Origin: Diplonema japonicum
Taxonomy: Eukaryota > Protista > Euglenozoa: Diplonemea
Direction of reading: 5' to 3'
NCBI GenBank assembly: GCA_964019335.1
Contig: OZ025677.1
Location: 496,001 to 560,000, forward strand
Length of the DNA stretch: 64,000 bases
Part shown: positions 1-11,700 of the stretch, in pieces
Layout: each line of letters opens with the position of its first letter
Numbering within the stretch: position 1 is the stretch's first letter
The notes under the pieces: generated by a model
What the model saw: the letters and a program-made list of their open reading frames with translations, nothing else
Database searches by the model: none
Told to the model about the DNA's origin: nothing
Program-made: the position numbers and the translations under genes

Positions 1-26
1 TCTTATACTCACTAAATAAATAGTTA
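1..26 (+). mobile_element. Terminus of a Crypton-like palindromic element (rest outside window)
   Basis: TCTTATACTCACTAAATAAATAGTT matches the end of the 35174-36230 element (TCTTATATTCACTAAATAAATAGTT) with one mismatch. Confidence 0.65.
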
Positions 27-384
27 TTGTATTGTTCTGTAAAAAGTCCCAAGTTGGGTCCAAACCCGAAAAAGGTACATAATTTATACAGCACACTAAA
101 TCCCCAGACCATTATTAAACTGAACAATATAAATACAAATCCGGTACTTTCTCCCCCAAAGGTTTGTATGCTTGTTTCCAGCAGTTATTTTTTTCGCCTA
201 GCAGAAGAAAAATGGTAAAATATGAAAAAGAATATAAGGGGGGGGGAGAGAGAGAGAGAGAAAGATAAGAAGAAAAAAAGAGAAGAAAAAAAAGACAGAG
301 AAAGAGAAGAGAGGAGCCACGGGAAAAAAAAAAAAATAAAATAAAAAGCTTTTTTTCTTCTTTCTAAAGAAATAAGAAATGAAA

Positions 385-430
<46 letters not shown>

Positions 431-1219
431 CAGAGAAAATGGCAGGACGTATTTCTTTCTTTTTTTTTTTCTTCACTGTGAAATTATGGTGGATCAGGGG
501 GCCACGCAGTTACCCCTTTTGGCAACAGCCTCTTGGACAAAGAAAAAAATAAACCAACTTCTTCGTCCAAACAACGCTAGGGCTTCTCACCTCCTGAGGG
601 GTCTGGAACTTAATGTATTCAGATCACTCGTTCGGTGTTGCTCTTGGCGACAATTCTTCTGCTCCATATATCTAGGGAACTTTTTATCTCTCTTTTTTTT
701 TTCTCTCGTTTCTCCCCTCTTACCACCCTCACACTTGCAATGCAAAAAAAAAAAAAAAAGGGGGAGAAAAAGAAATCACTATGATGGGGGGAGAAGTGTT
801 AGCAACTACCCACCGGGAAAAAAGAAAAAAAAAAAAAAAAAAGAAGAAGAAAAATATTATCAAACAAGTGGAGAGAGGGGAAAAGGTGGGGGTGGGAGTC
901 TGATAGGGTTACGGGTGGGAGATGGAGGAAAGGGACTTTTTTTTTTTCCTCATAATTCCCTTTTCTTTTTTCTTTTTCTTCTTTTTTCTCTCTCCCTTTT
1001 TCTTTCTTTCCGTCGGGGCCAGTGTAAAAAAAAGGAGAAAAAAAAAAGAAATCCATCATTCTCTTTACAAATCCTTAGCTCAGGGGTCATCACGTGAAAT
1101 AAGTGCTTCCCCCCCCCCCCCTCCCCACCCTTTTTTGCTTTTTTTTTTTGCTTTGTTTTTTCTTTCTTCCATGTTTCATTTTTTTTCTCTTTAAGTTTGT
1201 TCACACTAAACGTAGTTTT

Positions 1220-1220
<1 letters not shown>

Positions 1221-1303
<83 letters not shown>

Positions 1304-1304
1304 T
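1221..1304. repeat. (CTTT)n microsatellite, about 21 units
   Basis: Directly visible tetranucleotide tandem array. Confidence 0.95.
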
Positions 1305-1464
1305 TTTTCTTTTCTTTTTTTTTTCCCCCTATTCTTTCTTTCTGTTCTTACCTGCTGTGTTGCGACAGCTCTTTAAAAAAAGAAAAACTCGTGTTGCTGC
1401 TCTGTATGCCTCGGTAAAAGAAACCGGGCACAAGACAGGAGGGGGGGGGGGGGGGGGGGGGGGG

Positions 1465-1799
1465 TCAAAATAGGTTTAAAAGGGGAATAAAATGCCATAT
1501 TTTGCGCAAGACATCATTAGGAAACAGCCCTTGAAGAGAAGGTGGAAGGTAAAGTACGACTACTGACCACATCAAGCCACCCCTCACCAGATCACATGAG
1601 GCACTCACGACACCCCAGGCGAATATACGTTGCACCGTTGGAAATTTTCTCTTTGCAACATTTCTGGTGAACTTCCGGCCCTGTTTTACCCTATATTCTG
1701 TTATGCAAAAAAGAAAATGGATTTATTTTCCCCCATTGACCCCCACAGTGCACCCGGATGGATTTTGGTCGGGAACTTCGTGGGCATCATTTCTTTCAT
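1465..1799 (-). CDS. Possible small spliced gene, join(1799..1754,1697..1465), 92 aa, F-box-like C-terminal motif
   Basis: ATG follows an oligo(A) run like the other genes; removing a 56-nt GT..AG segment (1753-1698) joins MKEMMPTKFPTKIHP to an open frame ending LFPNDVLRKIWHFIPLLNLF*. No recognised homologue. Confidence 0.28.
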
Positions 1800-2129
1800 T
1801 TTTTTTTTTTTTTTTTTCCAACGAAAAAAACCCAACTCAGAAAACTGCCCCATTATCCTGATGTCCATTATCCTAATCAGATGCATTCATGCATGAAATG
1901 TGGGAGGAGGGAGGGGGCGAAATACTGTAAAAACAGGGATTAAAAAAAAAAAAAAAACGATCTTTTAACGTCAAGGCTACCAAAGTGTACCATAAAGTAC
2001 ATGGGGTGGGGTGTTTGTAGTCAAAAAAAAAAAGAAAAAAAAAAAAAGAAAACGACACACTTGGAAGGAGCTCTGACCTGTGCTGTTTGTTCTTCGACAT
2101 GGCCTGCTTTGTTTTGAAAGGTCTGCCCC

Positions 2130-2167
<38 letters not shown>

Positions 2168-2411
2168 CCGGGACATTTGTCAGTCCGGGGAGTTTTCTTT
2201 CGGTTTTACAATTAAAAAGAAGAAAAAGAAAAATAAGAAAAGAGATAAAGGAGGCCAGTGTTGGTGCCTGAACGTAAAGAACTTTAGAATCGACACTGAG
2301 GACACGACAGTCGAAGTAGACCATACATGTGTCGAAAGATTTAGTTTGCTATCACAGAATTCCCTGAAAACGACTTGCGCTTCATGGAAGGTGATACGCA
2401 CCTTAGCCAGG

Positions 2412-2450
<39 letters not shown>

Positions 2451-3420
2451 AAAGAAAAAAATATCTTCTCATTTTTTTTTTTTTCCCCCTCGTTCTTTTC
2501 CTTTTTGTAGATATAAACAGATATTTTCTTGCTTACTTTCTTTTTTTTTTTTTTTTTCCATGCCTTCCTCAGGAAAGCCTAACCTGTTTCGCTTGTGCGA
2601 CTACAGATAGATATTTCTTTTTTTTTCTTCCCCCCCTCCCCCTCCATTGTTTACTGTGTACAAGTCAAAAAAAAAAAAAGATAAAATCTTATGAAAAGCA
2701 TCATTTTGCTTTTCCCTTCTTTTTTTTCATTTTCTTTTTTCATAGCCTTTCAGCAGCATCATGTGTGTGTGTGGGGTGGGCTTGTTGGCAGAAAGAGTTT
2801 CGAAAACCTATGCAGAAAGAAAAGAAGCGTTTTCTTTTTTCAAAAGAAAGGAGAGGAGAAATTAGACCCTGCTTCTATGATCCAAGTAATATTTTCCCTT
2901 TAAAAGTGAATCCCCTTGGTACCCTTAACGCTGCCAACTATGGTATTACTGTAAAACGGAAAATAGTGGACTGACAAGGGAGGGGGGGGGGGGATTAAAG
3001 TGTTCAGTTTCTTTGGGCTTGGGGCAATATTCGTCATGTCCGGGGTAATTTTCTTTAAGGCCGCTGAAGAAACTTTTTGGGGCACCCGGGAATTTGTCAG
3101 CCGACATTTTTTTCTTCTTTTTTTCCGTTACAGTTTTTTTTTTTCTTTTTTTTTTTTTTTTTATTTTTTTTTTTCTTTTTTTTTTTTTTTTGCGGTATAA
3201 AAAAACCCCCCTTAAAAAAATTCTTTCTTTTCTTTTTCTTTTGTACAGCTTGGGGGGGGGGGGTATGAAATGGTGAAACAGACTCGCAAAGTAGTGGAAG
3301 GGAATATGAAAAATCGGGAAACAGGGAAAAAAGTATGTTCTCTTTTTTTTTTTGTTCCCCCCAAAGAAGAAAGAAAAGAAAAACGACTGAAAGGGCGAAA
3401 TACAAAAAAAAGAAATATAA

Positions 3421-3667
3421 GAGTTAAAGGAGGCCGGTATTGGCGACGCCCTGCACATGAACTGTCTACTTGATTACAGGGCACCGCAGCCGAGTTGTGC
3501 CCAGCCGGGGCGACTCAAGTTTCCAAAATTCTGCGCTCGTGCAGTTTGCTGCCTGTTTGTCACCCCGAGCATCTGCAATACGTTCTACCACTCGGCGCCA
3601 CTAACAGCGAACAACACATCTGATGTACTTTTTATATTTCCGTGTTATCCCCACCAGAACCAGACCT
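3421..3667 (-). mobile_element. Degraded copy of the ~325-bp SINE-like repeat, just downstream of the kinase stop codon
   Basis: Shares GAGTTAAAGGAGGCCGG, CTACTTGATTACAGG, ATTCTGCGCTCGTGCAGTTTGCTGCCTGTT and TGTTATCCCCACCA with 21390-21708, with internal deletions. Confidence 0.85.
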
Positions 3668-3681
3668 GGAAAAAAAAAAGG

Positions 3682-3734
<53 letters not shown>

Positions 3735-3750
3735 CTTCATTCATCCTTTT

Positions 3751-4850
3751 CTATTCCTCAATATCTTCTTGGTTGTCAAATGACGCCTGGGAGTGCGTGT
3801 GATTAAACAAAAAAAAAAAAAAAAAGAAATCCCCATACCTGGCTCCTGCTGACTTTGAACTGCTTCATGTTCTTCGTTATGTCCTGAATAGGTGCGTCAA
3901 ACCTGTTCTCCGCAATCCAACTGTGCGCCAGCGCTTCCTCGGGGGTTAAACGCTTCTCAGGGTTCACCACCAACAACTTCGATATGAAATCTCTCGCATC
4001 GTCAGAAATCCCGTCCCAGTAGGGAGAGGGGAAGGAGTAGTCACCCTTGGTGATGGCCCTGAACAGGGCAGGGGTGTTTTCATCGAAAAACGGACAGAAG
4101 CCGCACAACAAAACGTACACAATGACCCCCACAGACCACATGTCAACAAGGAACGTGTACCCACGCATTTCATTGAGAAGAACCTTGATGGGGGGAATTT
4201 GAAAAAAAAAAAAAAAAAAAAAAAAATACCTCAGGCGCAACATAGTTAGGACTTCCGCAAGCAGTGCGAGCCAATGTGTCACCAGACCAAATTTTGGCTA
4301 AACCGAAGTCGGAGATTTTAATCTGTGCGTGGCTGTCGTCGGGGCTTGCGAATAAAAGATTTTCGGGTTTCAAATCCCTGTGGATGATCCCCTTCCCGTG
4401 GAGATATTTCACGGCCTCGATAATCTGCCGAGCGAGCTCTGCCGCTTGCTTCTCGCTGTACCCGTTTGGGTAGTCGTTGCAGATCTTGTCGAACAGCTCA
4501 CCACCCGCCATGAGCTCCATGATGAGGTACAGCTTGTCATCGTCCTCAAACACGTCAAGAAGATTGACGACATTCGCGTGCTTCACGTTCATCAGGATTT
4601 TGACCTCTGTCTTGAGAGCCTCGATCTTAACGTCGATGCTGTTCTTGTCGATGATCTTGATGGCCACCCTCTCGCCTGTCTTGTAGTGCTTCCCCAGCTT
4701 CACCTTTGCGAACGTGCCTTTTCCCAGCTCGTCGCCGATGGCGTAGTGCTCCTCGACCTTCGAGTCGTTCAGGTTAAATATTCTCTTTTTCTCCTGCTTC
4801 GCTTTGGCCTTCTTCCCTCCGGCCCCTCGTAGCCTCGACAGAATAGTCAT
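3751..4850 (-). CDS. CAMK-group (CAMK1-like) Ser/Thr protein kinase; join(4850..4230,4183..3839,3786..3751)
   Basis: GKGTFAKV, VAIK, HRDLKPEN, DFG, TACGSPNYVAPE, DMWSVG motifs. Two GT-AG introns (4229-4184, 46 nt; 3838-3787, 52 nt) restore one frame ending ASFDNQEDIEE*. Confidence 0.95.
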
Positions 4851-5137
4851 TTTTTTTTTCTTTTTTTTTTTTTCCTCTTTTCTTTTCTGGCTTCCCCCTC
4901 CCTTCTTTTATTTTATTTTCTTTTTTTTGATACGACACATAATAAAAAAGTGGTGACACAAGTCAAACGGCGCTCAGTACGACCACCACGTACAGTAAAG
5001 AACATAGGGTGGGGTGCATAGGGTGGGGTGTTGTCGTCGAAAGGACACATTGGGGTGAGCCAACATAGCGGGGGGATCTGTTTGTGCCTAGTCTGCAGCT
5101 TGGTAGTGCCAATAGCTTGTCTCTCCGCCGAGCAATT

Positions 5138-5854
5138 CTAATTCCGTTTCATCCAGTTGCACAGAGCGTTCCCCAGCACGTCGGGTGCCTCCAAAGGTGT
5201 CATGTGCCCTACATGTGGGATCACTGTGCACGAAGGCGTGTTGTTACGCAACGCCTCCTTCACCGTCTTAAAAGCAAGAAGCGGGATGACGTGGTCCGCC
5301 TGACCCGTGGCGAGCAGGACTGGGACATCGGAGCTCGCTACGAATCGTGTAGCGTCCGGGCGATGGATGGCGGCTTCTTGTTGATCCTTGAAGACTGCGT
5401 AGGGGACGGACGTGACCATTTCGTAAAGGTTGCGAAGGAGGTGTTCATTGGAAGGGTGGAGAAGGAGGTCTCTTTGAATATCGATGACCTCTGTCGTAGT
5501 GCTGGCTGCGGCAACTAGCTTCCGCCGCCGTTCCTTCATTACATCCGAGTCGCATCGAAGCTGCGAGGCAACTAAGCCCAAGCCTTTTACAAAATTCGGC
5601 TCTTGTCTCAACATTTCTGCTGCTACATACCCCCCGTAGCTGTGCCCGATTACATAGGCTCCTTTTTCGTGTTCATGTTTAAAGTGCTTCCGTGCTCCTT
5701 GCCACACGAGGTCTGCTGCGTTACATACAGACTTCCCCTCCGTCAAGTGGTGCACGTACACCTTCCCGATCCTTCTGTTCTCAATCATTTTTGTTACAGG
5801 CGCCCAGATCCGTCCCGTGCTTAGTATGCCAGGGATTAAAATTACGTTTTTCAT
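5138..5854 (-). CDS. Alpha/beta-fold hydrolase, 238 aa
   Basis: ILIPG near the N-terminus, nucleophile elbow GHSYGG, acid in GQADHVIP, His in GHMTPLE; true start is the ATG at 5854 after an oligo(A) run. Confidence 0.92.
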   Translation of the reverse strand: MKNVILIPGILSTGRIWAPVTKMIENRRIGKVYVHHLTEGKSVCNAADLVWQGARKHFKHEHEKGAYVIGHSYGGYVAAEMLRQEPNFVKGLGLVASQLRCDSDVMKERRRKLVAAASTTTEVIDIQRDLLLHPSNEHLLRNLYEMVTSVPYAVFKDQQEAAIHRPDATRFVASSDVPVLLATGQADHVIPLLAFKTVKEALRNNTPSCTVIPHVGHMTPLEAPDVLGNALCNWMKRN

Positions 5855-5993
5855 TTTTTTTTTTTTTTCCCTGGTTGTAAGAACGATTTTAAGAGAAAGA
5901 AGAACAAAAAATGAAGACTTAAAAAGAATTCGATAAAGTTTCAGTGTGCATGGGGGGGGGGGGGGGGGGGTGCTCACTGTTCAATTCACACCG

Positions 5994-6024
<31 letters not shown>

Positions 6025-6229
6025 AGGAGTAAGAAGAAGTGTCATTGAGGAGAATACGTACTTTCTTTTTTTTTTTAAAACGCAAAACGTAGCGGTTTTT
6101 CTTATTGAGAGAATTGGGTAAAAACGTTTCTAAAAAAAAAAAATAAAAAAAAAAAAAACCCGGGGCGAGTTTTATTCTTTTTGTTTTGTACCAACGGTTA
6201 CAAAACACCCCCCCTTTTTTTTTCTTTTC

Positions 6230-7801
6230 TCAATTCAACGCCTTCACATCAGAGCAGCCCCCAGTGGGGTTATTCGAACACGAACAGAGACAAATTGGGC
6301 ACATCGCAGGGTCGGTCGTCTCAGGCTCCACCCAACCAGGGCACTGATAACATGTCAGAGCATTTGCAGGATCGACCTCCGACTTGACCGCAACAAGCTT
6401 CTCATAGGATCTCCCCCAATACAGAGGACCGTAGACCTCAGGCAACATATAAACATGAGGAGGCGAGCCCCAATATTGCGTCGGGGTTACTTTTTGCACC
6501 TTCTTCAGGAAGCTGTTAACATGCACCATATTAAAATAATCTAAAGGAGCAGATGTACAGGTGCTCTGAATCAAAGCACCGCATTTAACAACTAACAGCG
6601 CACCTCGTAGGTGTTCAGATATGGATGTGGCATGTCCGTTGGGATCCAACGTTGCTGCAACACCCCCTACAGTGTCCCACATGCAGCCGACTTCCTGGTA
6701 GTAGGTAGAGACGTTTGAGGTTATGATGAATTCTGTTATCTCTTGCATGACACTGTCAATGTTGGTGGGACTTGCTAAGAACGACACGAAGTTAGCGGTG
6801 ATGCTTGGAAACCTCGGTTTGGCATTGTAAAACTCATGAAAGTTGTTCAGCGGCAGTGCCACACAATTGTTCTCCACGTTTTGACACTCGGGCATCACCC
6901 CGGCAAATCTTTCAATCTCACCGATACAAACACTCCGTTCGGCGAGACAATAGAAATAAACCGCCACGCTCGGCGAAACCGCATTGTTCACCGCTTCCGA
7001 GTTCAACGTTACATACTCTGAAGCGGTTTTTATATACTCCGTCAGATTTTTCAAACACGCGTAGTCCCCACCTGATTTGTATATTCCCATGTACCCAGTA
7101 CCAGTTAAACTCCGGTGAAAGAGCTTCATGGTGAGGTGGGTTACAATTCCGTAAGCATTCCCGCCAGAACCTCGTAGTGACCAAAGAAGGTCGCCTGAAG
7201 CTGTGGTTGATGTTCCGTTTGGGAGTACAACGGTGGCGGATATTAAGGAATCGACACCGTAGCCGGCAAGGCGGGTTAGCGGGCCGTACCCTCCGCTTGC
7301 AGCCCATGCGTAGGGAGATGATTGGGTGTAATAGTCAGAAGGTATGTACAGGTCTTCACTTGTCTTGTTGATCGCGTCATGAAGAGCTGCCCATGTGACT
7401 CCTGTTCCAAATGATACCGTTTTTTCAGTTTTGTTGACTGATATCTTGTTAAAATTGTAAATTCGTATTAAGAGTGCGTTGTCGACCGTGCCTCGCATGT
7501 CGGGGTGGGTCATCTGTCCTGCCACTGCTAACCGGATGTTAAACTTGTTTGCGAATTCCATGCACTTTGTAATGTCTCTCTCTGTTTGTACCCCGGCAAC
7601 TGCTGCTGGTTGCGGCAGGCCTGCTCGTTTGTTCTGTACTATGGCGAAGAAGGTGACGTCCCCGCGGATGTCCAAGGATCCTTCAAGAGAGCCCCTCAGA
7701 CCTTCCCATTCCGCTTTTGCCGGCCACCCCGCGTCGCCTGGGAGGTTCCACGTGTACCCCACAGCGTTGGTTATTACTGTCAGAAATATAGCAATTTGCA
7801 T
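6230..7801 (-). CDS. Secreted FAD-linked oxidoreductase (FAD_binding_4 + BBE-like C-terminal domain)
   Basis: Hydrophobic N-terminus; PGDAGWP; GGYGPLTRLAGYGVD; DLLWSLRGSGGNAYGIVT; BBE-type YWGRSYEKLVAVKSEVDP; Cys-rich tail. Confidence 0.92.
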   Translation of the reverse strand: MQIAIFLTVITNAVGYTWNLPGDAGWPAKAEWEGLRGSLEGSLDIRGDVTFFAIVQNKRAGLPQPAAVAGVQTERDITKCMEFANKFNIRLAVAGQMTHPDMRGTVDNALLIRIYNFNKISVNKTEKTVSFGTGVTWAALHDAINKTSEDLYIPSDYYTQSSPYAWAASGGYGPLTRLAGYGVDSLISATVVLPNGTSTTASGDLLWSLRGSGGNAYGIVTHLTMKLFHRSLTGTGYMGIYKSGGDYACLKNLTEYIKTASEYVTLNSEAVNNAVSPSVAVYFYCLAERSVCIGEIERFAGVMPECQNVENNCVALPLNNFHEFYNAKPRFPSITANFVSFLASPTNIDSVMQEITEFIITSNVSTYYQEVGCMWDTVGGVAATLDPNGHATSISEHLRGALLVVKCGALIQSTCTSAPLDYFNMVHVNSFLKKVQKVTPTQYWGSPPHVYMLPEVYGPLYWGRSYEKLVAVKSEVDPANALTCYQCPGWVEPETTDPAMCPICLCSCSNNPTGGCSDVKALN

Positions 7802-8228
7802 TTTTTTTTTTTTTTCCTTTTTTTGTTTCCTTTTATTGGCAGTTCACAACAAAAAAAAAAAAAAAAAAAAAAAAAGTGAAAAGAAATGTAGAATGGCGGA
7901 AAAAACACTAAAGACTAATAAGGTAAGGGTAAAGGGGTCCTTTGGCTTGGTACAGAATGCGATTGTAATTGAATGCACTATATAAAAAAAAAGAACCGTT
8001 TTTCTTTTTTTTTTTTCACTTTCTTCCGAGTAAAAGCCCCGCCTACTCCCCAAAAGAAAACTTGTAGCGGACACCGCAAGAAGTGATTATTATGACATTC
8101 TTAGTATAAAGAAAGCAAGGAGGGAAGGGAGTTTCAATACAGGTTAAAAGTTTCCTTTGTTTTTCTTTCCCCCACTACATTCTACCAAACAACAATCTTT
8201 TTCTCATAAATAAAAAAAAAGAGGTTTT

Positions 8229-8357
8229 GTCTTTGAAGGGAACCTGTATGTGACAGGATCGCCTAACAGAGGATTCTTCCGAGTTTCCTAGCCCAGCATG
8301 CCAGGTCTTCGTCATCCATGTGGGCTATGAAGTCGACAGCAAGTGTCCTTGATCGGG
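8229..8357 (-). mobile_element. Short internally deleted derivative of the non-LTR retroelement family
   Basis: Encodes SRTLAVDFIAHMDDEDLACWARKLGRIL, similar to SRLELAVDFIA...EDIQESARVIGRVI at 18780-18890, joined to the family 3' end (plus strand GTCTTTGAAGGGAACCTG..TATGTGACAGGA). Confidence 0.75.
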
Positions 8358-8757
8358 AGAAAAGAAAAAAGAGAAATGAAGAAGATCGCGAGTAACTTCT
8401 TTTAAAAAAAAAAAGAACAGTGCACCCTCCTGGGTAGGTTTTCTCATTCCACGAGCTTGCAGGTTTTGCTTGGCACTTTTTTTTTTTTTCGTTTTGTTTT
8501 TTTTGTTATGTTTTTTTTTAACCTAACAAAAAGTGGAATTCCCAAGGTTTTTCCTTGTTGAAAAAAAAACATAGAAAAAAAGATTTTAAAAAAAGAAATT
8601 GGAGAGGAAACTAAGATTAAAAAAAAAAACAGGACAAGATATGAAAGGAGCAGAAGCAAGAAAAAAGGAAAAAAAAAAAAAAAAAGAAACGTTACCAAAA
8701 GAAAAAGGAATATATTTCTTTTTTAAAAAAAAAAAAACAATAAAAAAAAAACGGTGC

Positions 8758-11700
8758 TCACCCGAAATACACGGATATGCTACCTATAGGACGGGCAAAC
8801 AAAGGAGCCAAATCAAATGCAACACTGGCAACTTCTGGCGAAGGATCAAGCAGCAAACTAGTGACCTGACCTTCAAAACCCTGCCGCTTGCTGCAGTGGG
8901 TGACTGCAGCAAGGTACACCTGCTTCTCCAAATCATCAAAGTCGGTAACACGTATACTATGCAGAAGCTCGAGGTCCAGTTTCTGAAAGCAGCTGGACTC
9001 CGAAAACAAGGTTTGCACCCCACACCTTCTGGCTGCACGCGCCATGTGCTTCAAAGCTGCTTCCAAATCTGTTGATTGATAGCAGCAACTGATCAGAGGA
9101 AAGGCAAAGCAAGCAGTGTCGGTGTTACTCAAAAGTGCTTCAACAGCATGCTCGCACTCCTGTGAGCAGACAGGCATCTTTTCCCCATGGAAGAACTTGC
9201 GGATGGCTCTGCGAGTCTCCAGGACATTCTTCAAAGAGACTTCTGGGTCTGACCTGCTCGCCCTGAGCACGTCTACTTTTGTCTGAATCATGTCAGATAG
9301 CAGGCCTTTTCTGAACCTCCCCAGTGCTACCACCATGTTTGTCAGCTCTGCTGTGTTGCCATGCGTGCACAGGGCCTGCACTACCTCGTTGATGGTTTCC
9401 TTCCCCACCACCTTGTCGTCCCTCCTCATTAATTTCAACCAGTTGTTCAGCACATTCAGAGCTGTGTTCCTCACCCATTTTACCTCGCAGAATTTTGCTG
9501 CAAACACCGGCAGCCAGTCCTCCCCGCACAAGGGGTACCCCCCGTTGCACATAAGCACTTGTTCCAAGATTCGCTTTCCGATGTACACGTTCTTGTGGGT
9601 GATGTCCTCCGATATGGGAAGCAGGTACCTTGTCAGTGATGGAATGGCTTTCAGGGTCGGCGATGTTGCCAAGGCTGATAGAATGGCCGCCTTGGCTGAA
9701 ATGTAGGGCTCTGCTGTGTCGCCCTCCTGCTCCTGCTGCTCGTCTCCGACCACCACCCACAGGGCCTCGTCGGTTTTGAACATCTCCTCCAGGAACGCCT
9801 CCGTGTCGCTAGGCTCCACGAGGTTCACGCAGCAACTCGCGAGCTGTGTTCTAGCTGCGGCCCTCGTTTCCTTCCGTTCCAACACCGTTCGCATCACCTT
9901 CGCGGCTTCTGTTGTAGGGAGGCACCTCAGCAGTGCCACCAGAGCAGGGACAGCCTGCTTCACATCGAGTCCGGCATTCAGATGAGCCAGTACTGCCCTC
10001 AAGGCAAAGGTCCTCGGCCTGTCGGCTGTCCTCATGGAGGAAATGATCTCCCCTGCAAGCTGGGTCGCATCATGTGATATCGACTCCTCCTGTAGCAGCT
10101 CTGCTGACTTCGTATTGCGCTGGGCACGAGAAAGCTTCTTCGTTCGCTCACGGCTTTCCTCAATGGAATCTAAGTACTCTTCAAAGGGATGTTTCCCTGT
10201 TTCGCTGTCGCAGAGGTCAACGGACAAGGCGGACGCCAGCCAAATTCTCCTCGCCTTTGCCTCATGGATCTTCTTGCTTTGGTACTCACAGATGGTCTCC
10301 GTGTCAGACGAGTACCCACTCATGTCGATTTCAGGCACTTCTTTCGACACCCCCGAAAAGTCCATCATCCCAGGGCTTATCCAGTAGTCCCACAGGTACC
10401 TCTGCACGTCAGGGGGAAGGGTGTGGATGCAGTCGACGACGACAACAGGTTGGCCTCTGAACCTTTGGGTGCCTTCTGGCACACAGGACGACACAATGCC
10501 TGGGATTTCAAACCTGCTAGATTCCCCGATGAGCGTCGGGAGCGTCTCTGGGTAGTATCTGCACACTTTACTTTGGAACGTAGTGCTGCATTTGAAAAGC
10601 TCCGACGGTGTGAGCTTTCCGATTCCCTCCGTCAGCATGGACCGCAGCCTCCCCTTCCATTTCTTGCGGTTGCAAAGCAAACCTCGCACAGCGGCGTCTG
10701 CAATCCTCGCGGTGGCGTTCTTGCGTATGAAGGCAACGATCTCTGGGATGGTGTCCGGGATGTCAAACACGTGACATCTGTCGCGAGGGCGGGCGGTGCT
10801 CACAACGTGAAGAAGGGCTTTGATGACTTCCAGCCTTGTGGATGAGATGGCTTTGTGAGCAAGAAGCTTGAACAAAAGGCTCCGGATGTGCGACACATGA
10901 TTCAGCGTAGGCTTTGGGAGCCTTTTTATCAAATCAACAAGAGCGCGTTCCAATTGCAAGTCGGGTGCGTTTTTCGCTTTCTCAACACTTTCAAGTTTCT
11001 TCTGCACGGTCGCCGTTCTGCGCTTGTCCGCAGCAGCCCCACGCTGGTACCGGAACCTGACCTCCTTCTTCGTCCGGTTGTTCCCATTCTTGTACCGGGT
11101 GGTCCCTAGGATGCCGTAACCCTCCGCGTCGCATAGCAACAACACGTCAAGTGCTTTCACGTCCGGCTTCTCGATAGCGTCCAAGGCTGCCCTGAAAATA
11201 GTGCTTGTAATAAGGTCTGAAGGGCGCCCTATATATGTGATGTAGCTGACGGATGGCGAAATTTGCATAATTCCCAGAAGGCCCTCTTCGACCTCGGGCA
11301 CAAGGTGCAGAACCTTGATCAGCGCTTTGAACAGTTCATGGTAGCCAGTTGTTAAACTATAATGGCCATGGTTCACCACAGCTTGGATGACGTCCGAGAC
11401 TTCGACGAGGTAGGCTGCGTTGTCGGGGTTCTTGAAGAGGACGGACTTGTTGCTGAAGTTAATCGTAACGAAGCGGCTGATCGAATTCATCACGTTCCAC
11501 CAACTAAGAAAGTGGCCTATGTTCTTTTGCATTTCCCGCATTGCCCCCGTCACCATGGATCTCCAAAACCTCCAGTTGAACACTTCAACATCAACGGTCT
11601 CCGTGAGGAACCGCTTCGCAACCTCGGGGATGTCCAGCTGGGCATCCCACAAGAGGTCCTCTGCGAAGCCACGTAGGTCAGTGCTCTGGAAGAATATGCC

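Noticed and set aside
198-1417. Many Lys/Phe-rich ORFs here and in other spacers
   Set aside because: Translations of A/T homopolymer runs with no coding signal.
2900-3107. Oligo(A)-led ORF MSADKFPG... crossing a long C run
   Set aside because: Only 53 codons, or slightly more with a run-length frameshift, and no recognisable motif; not supportable as a gene.
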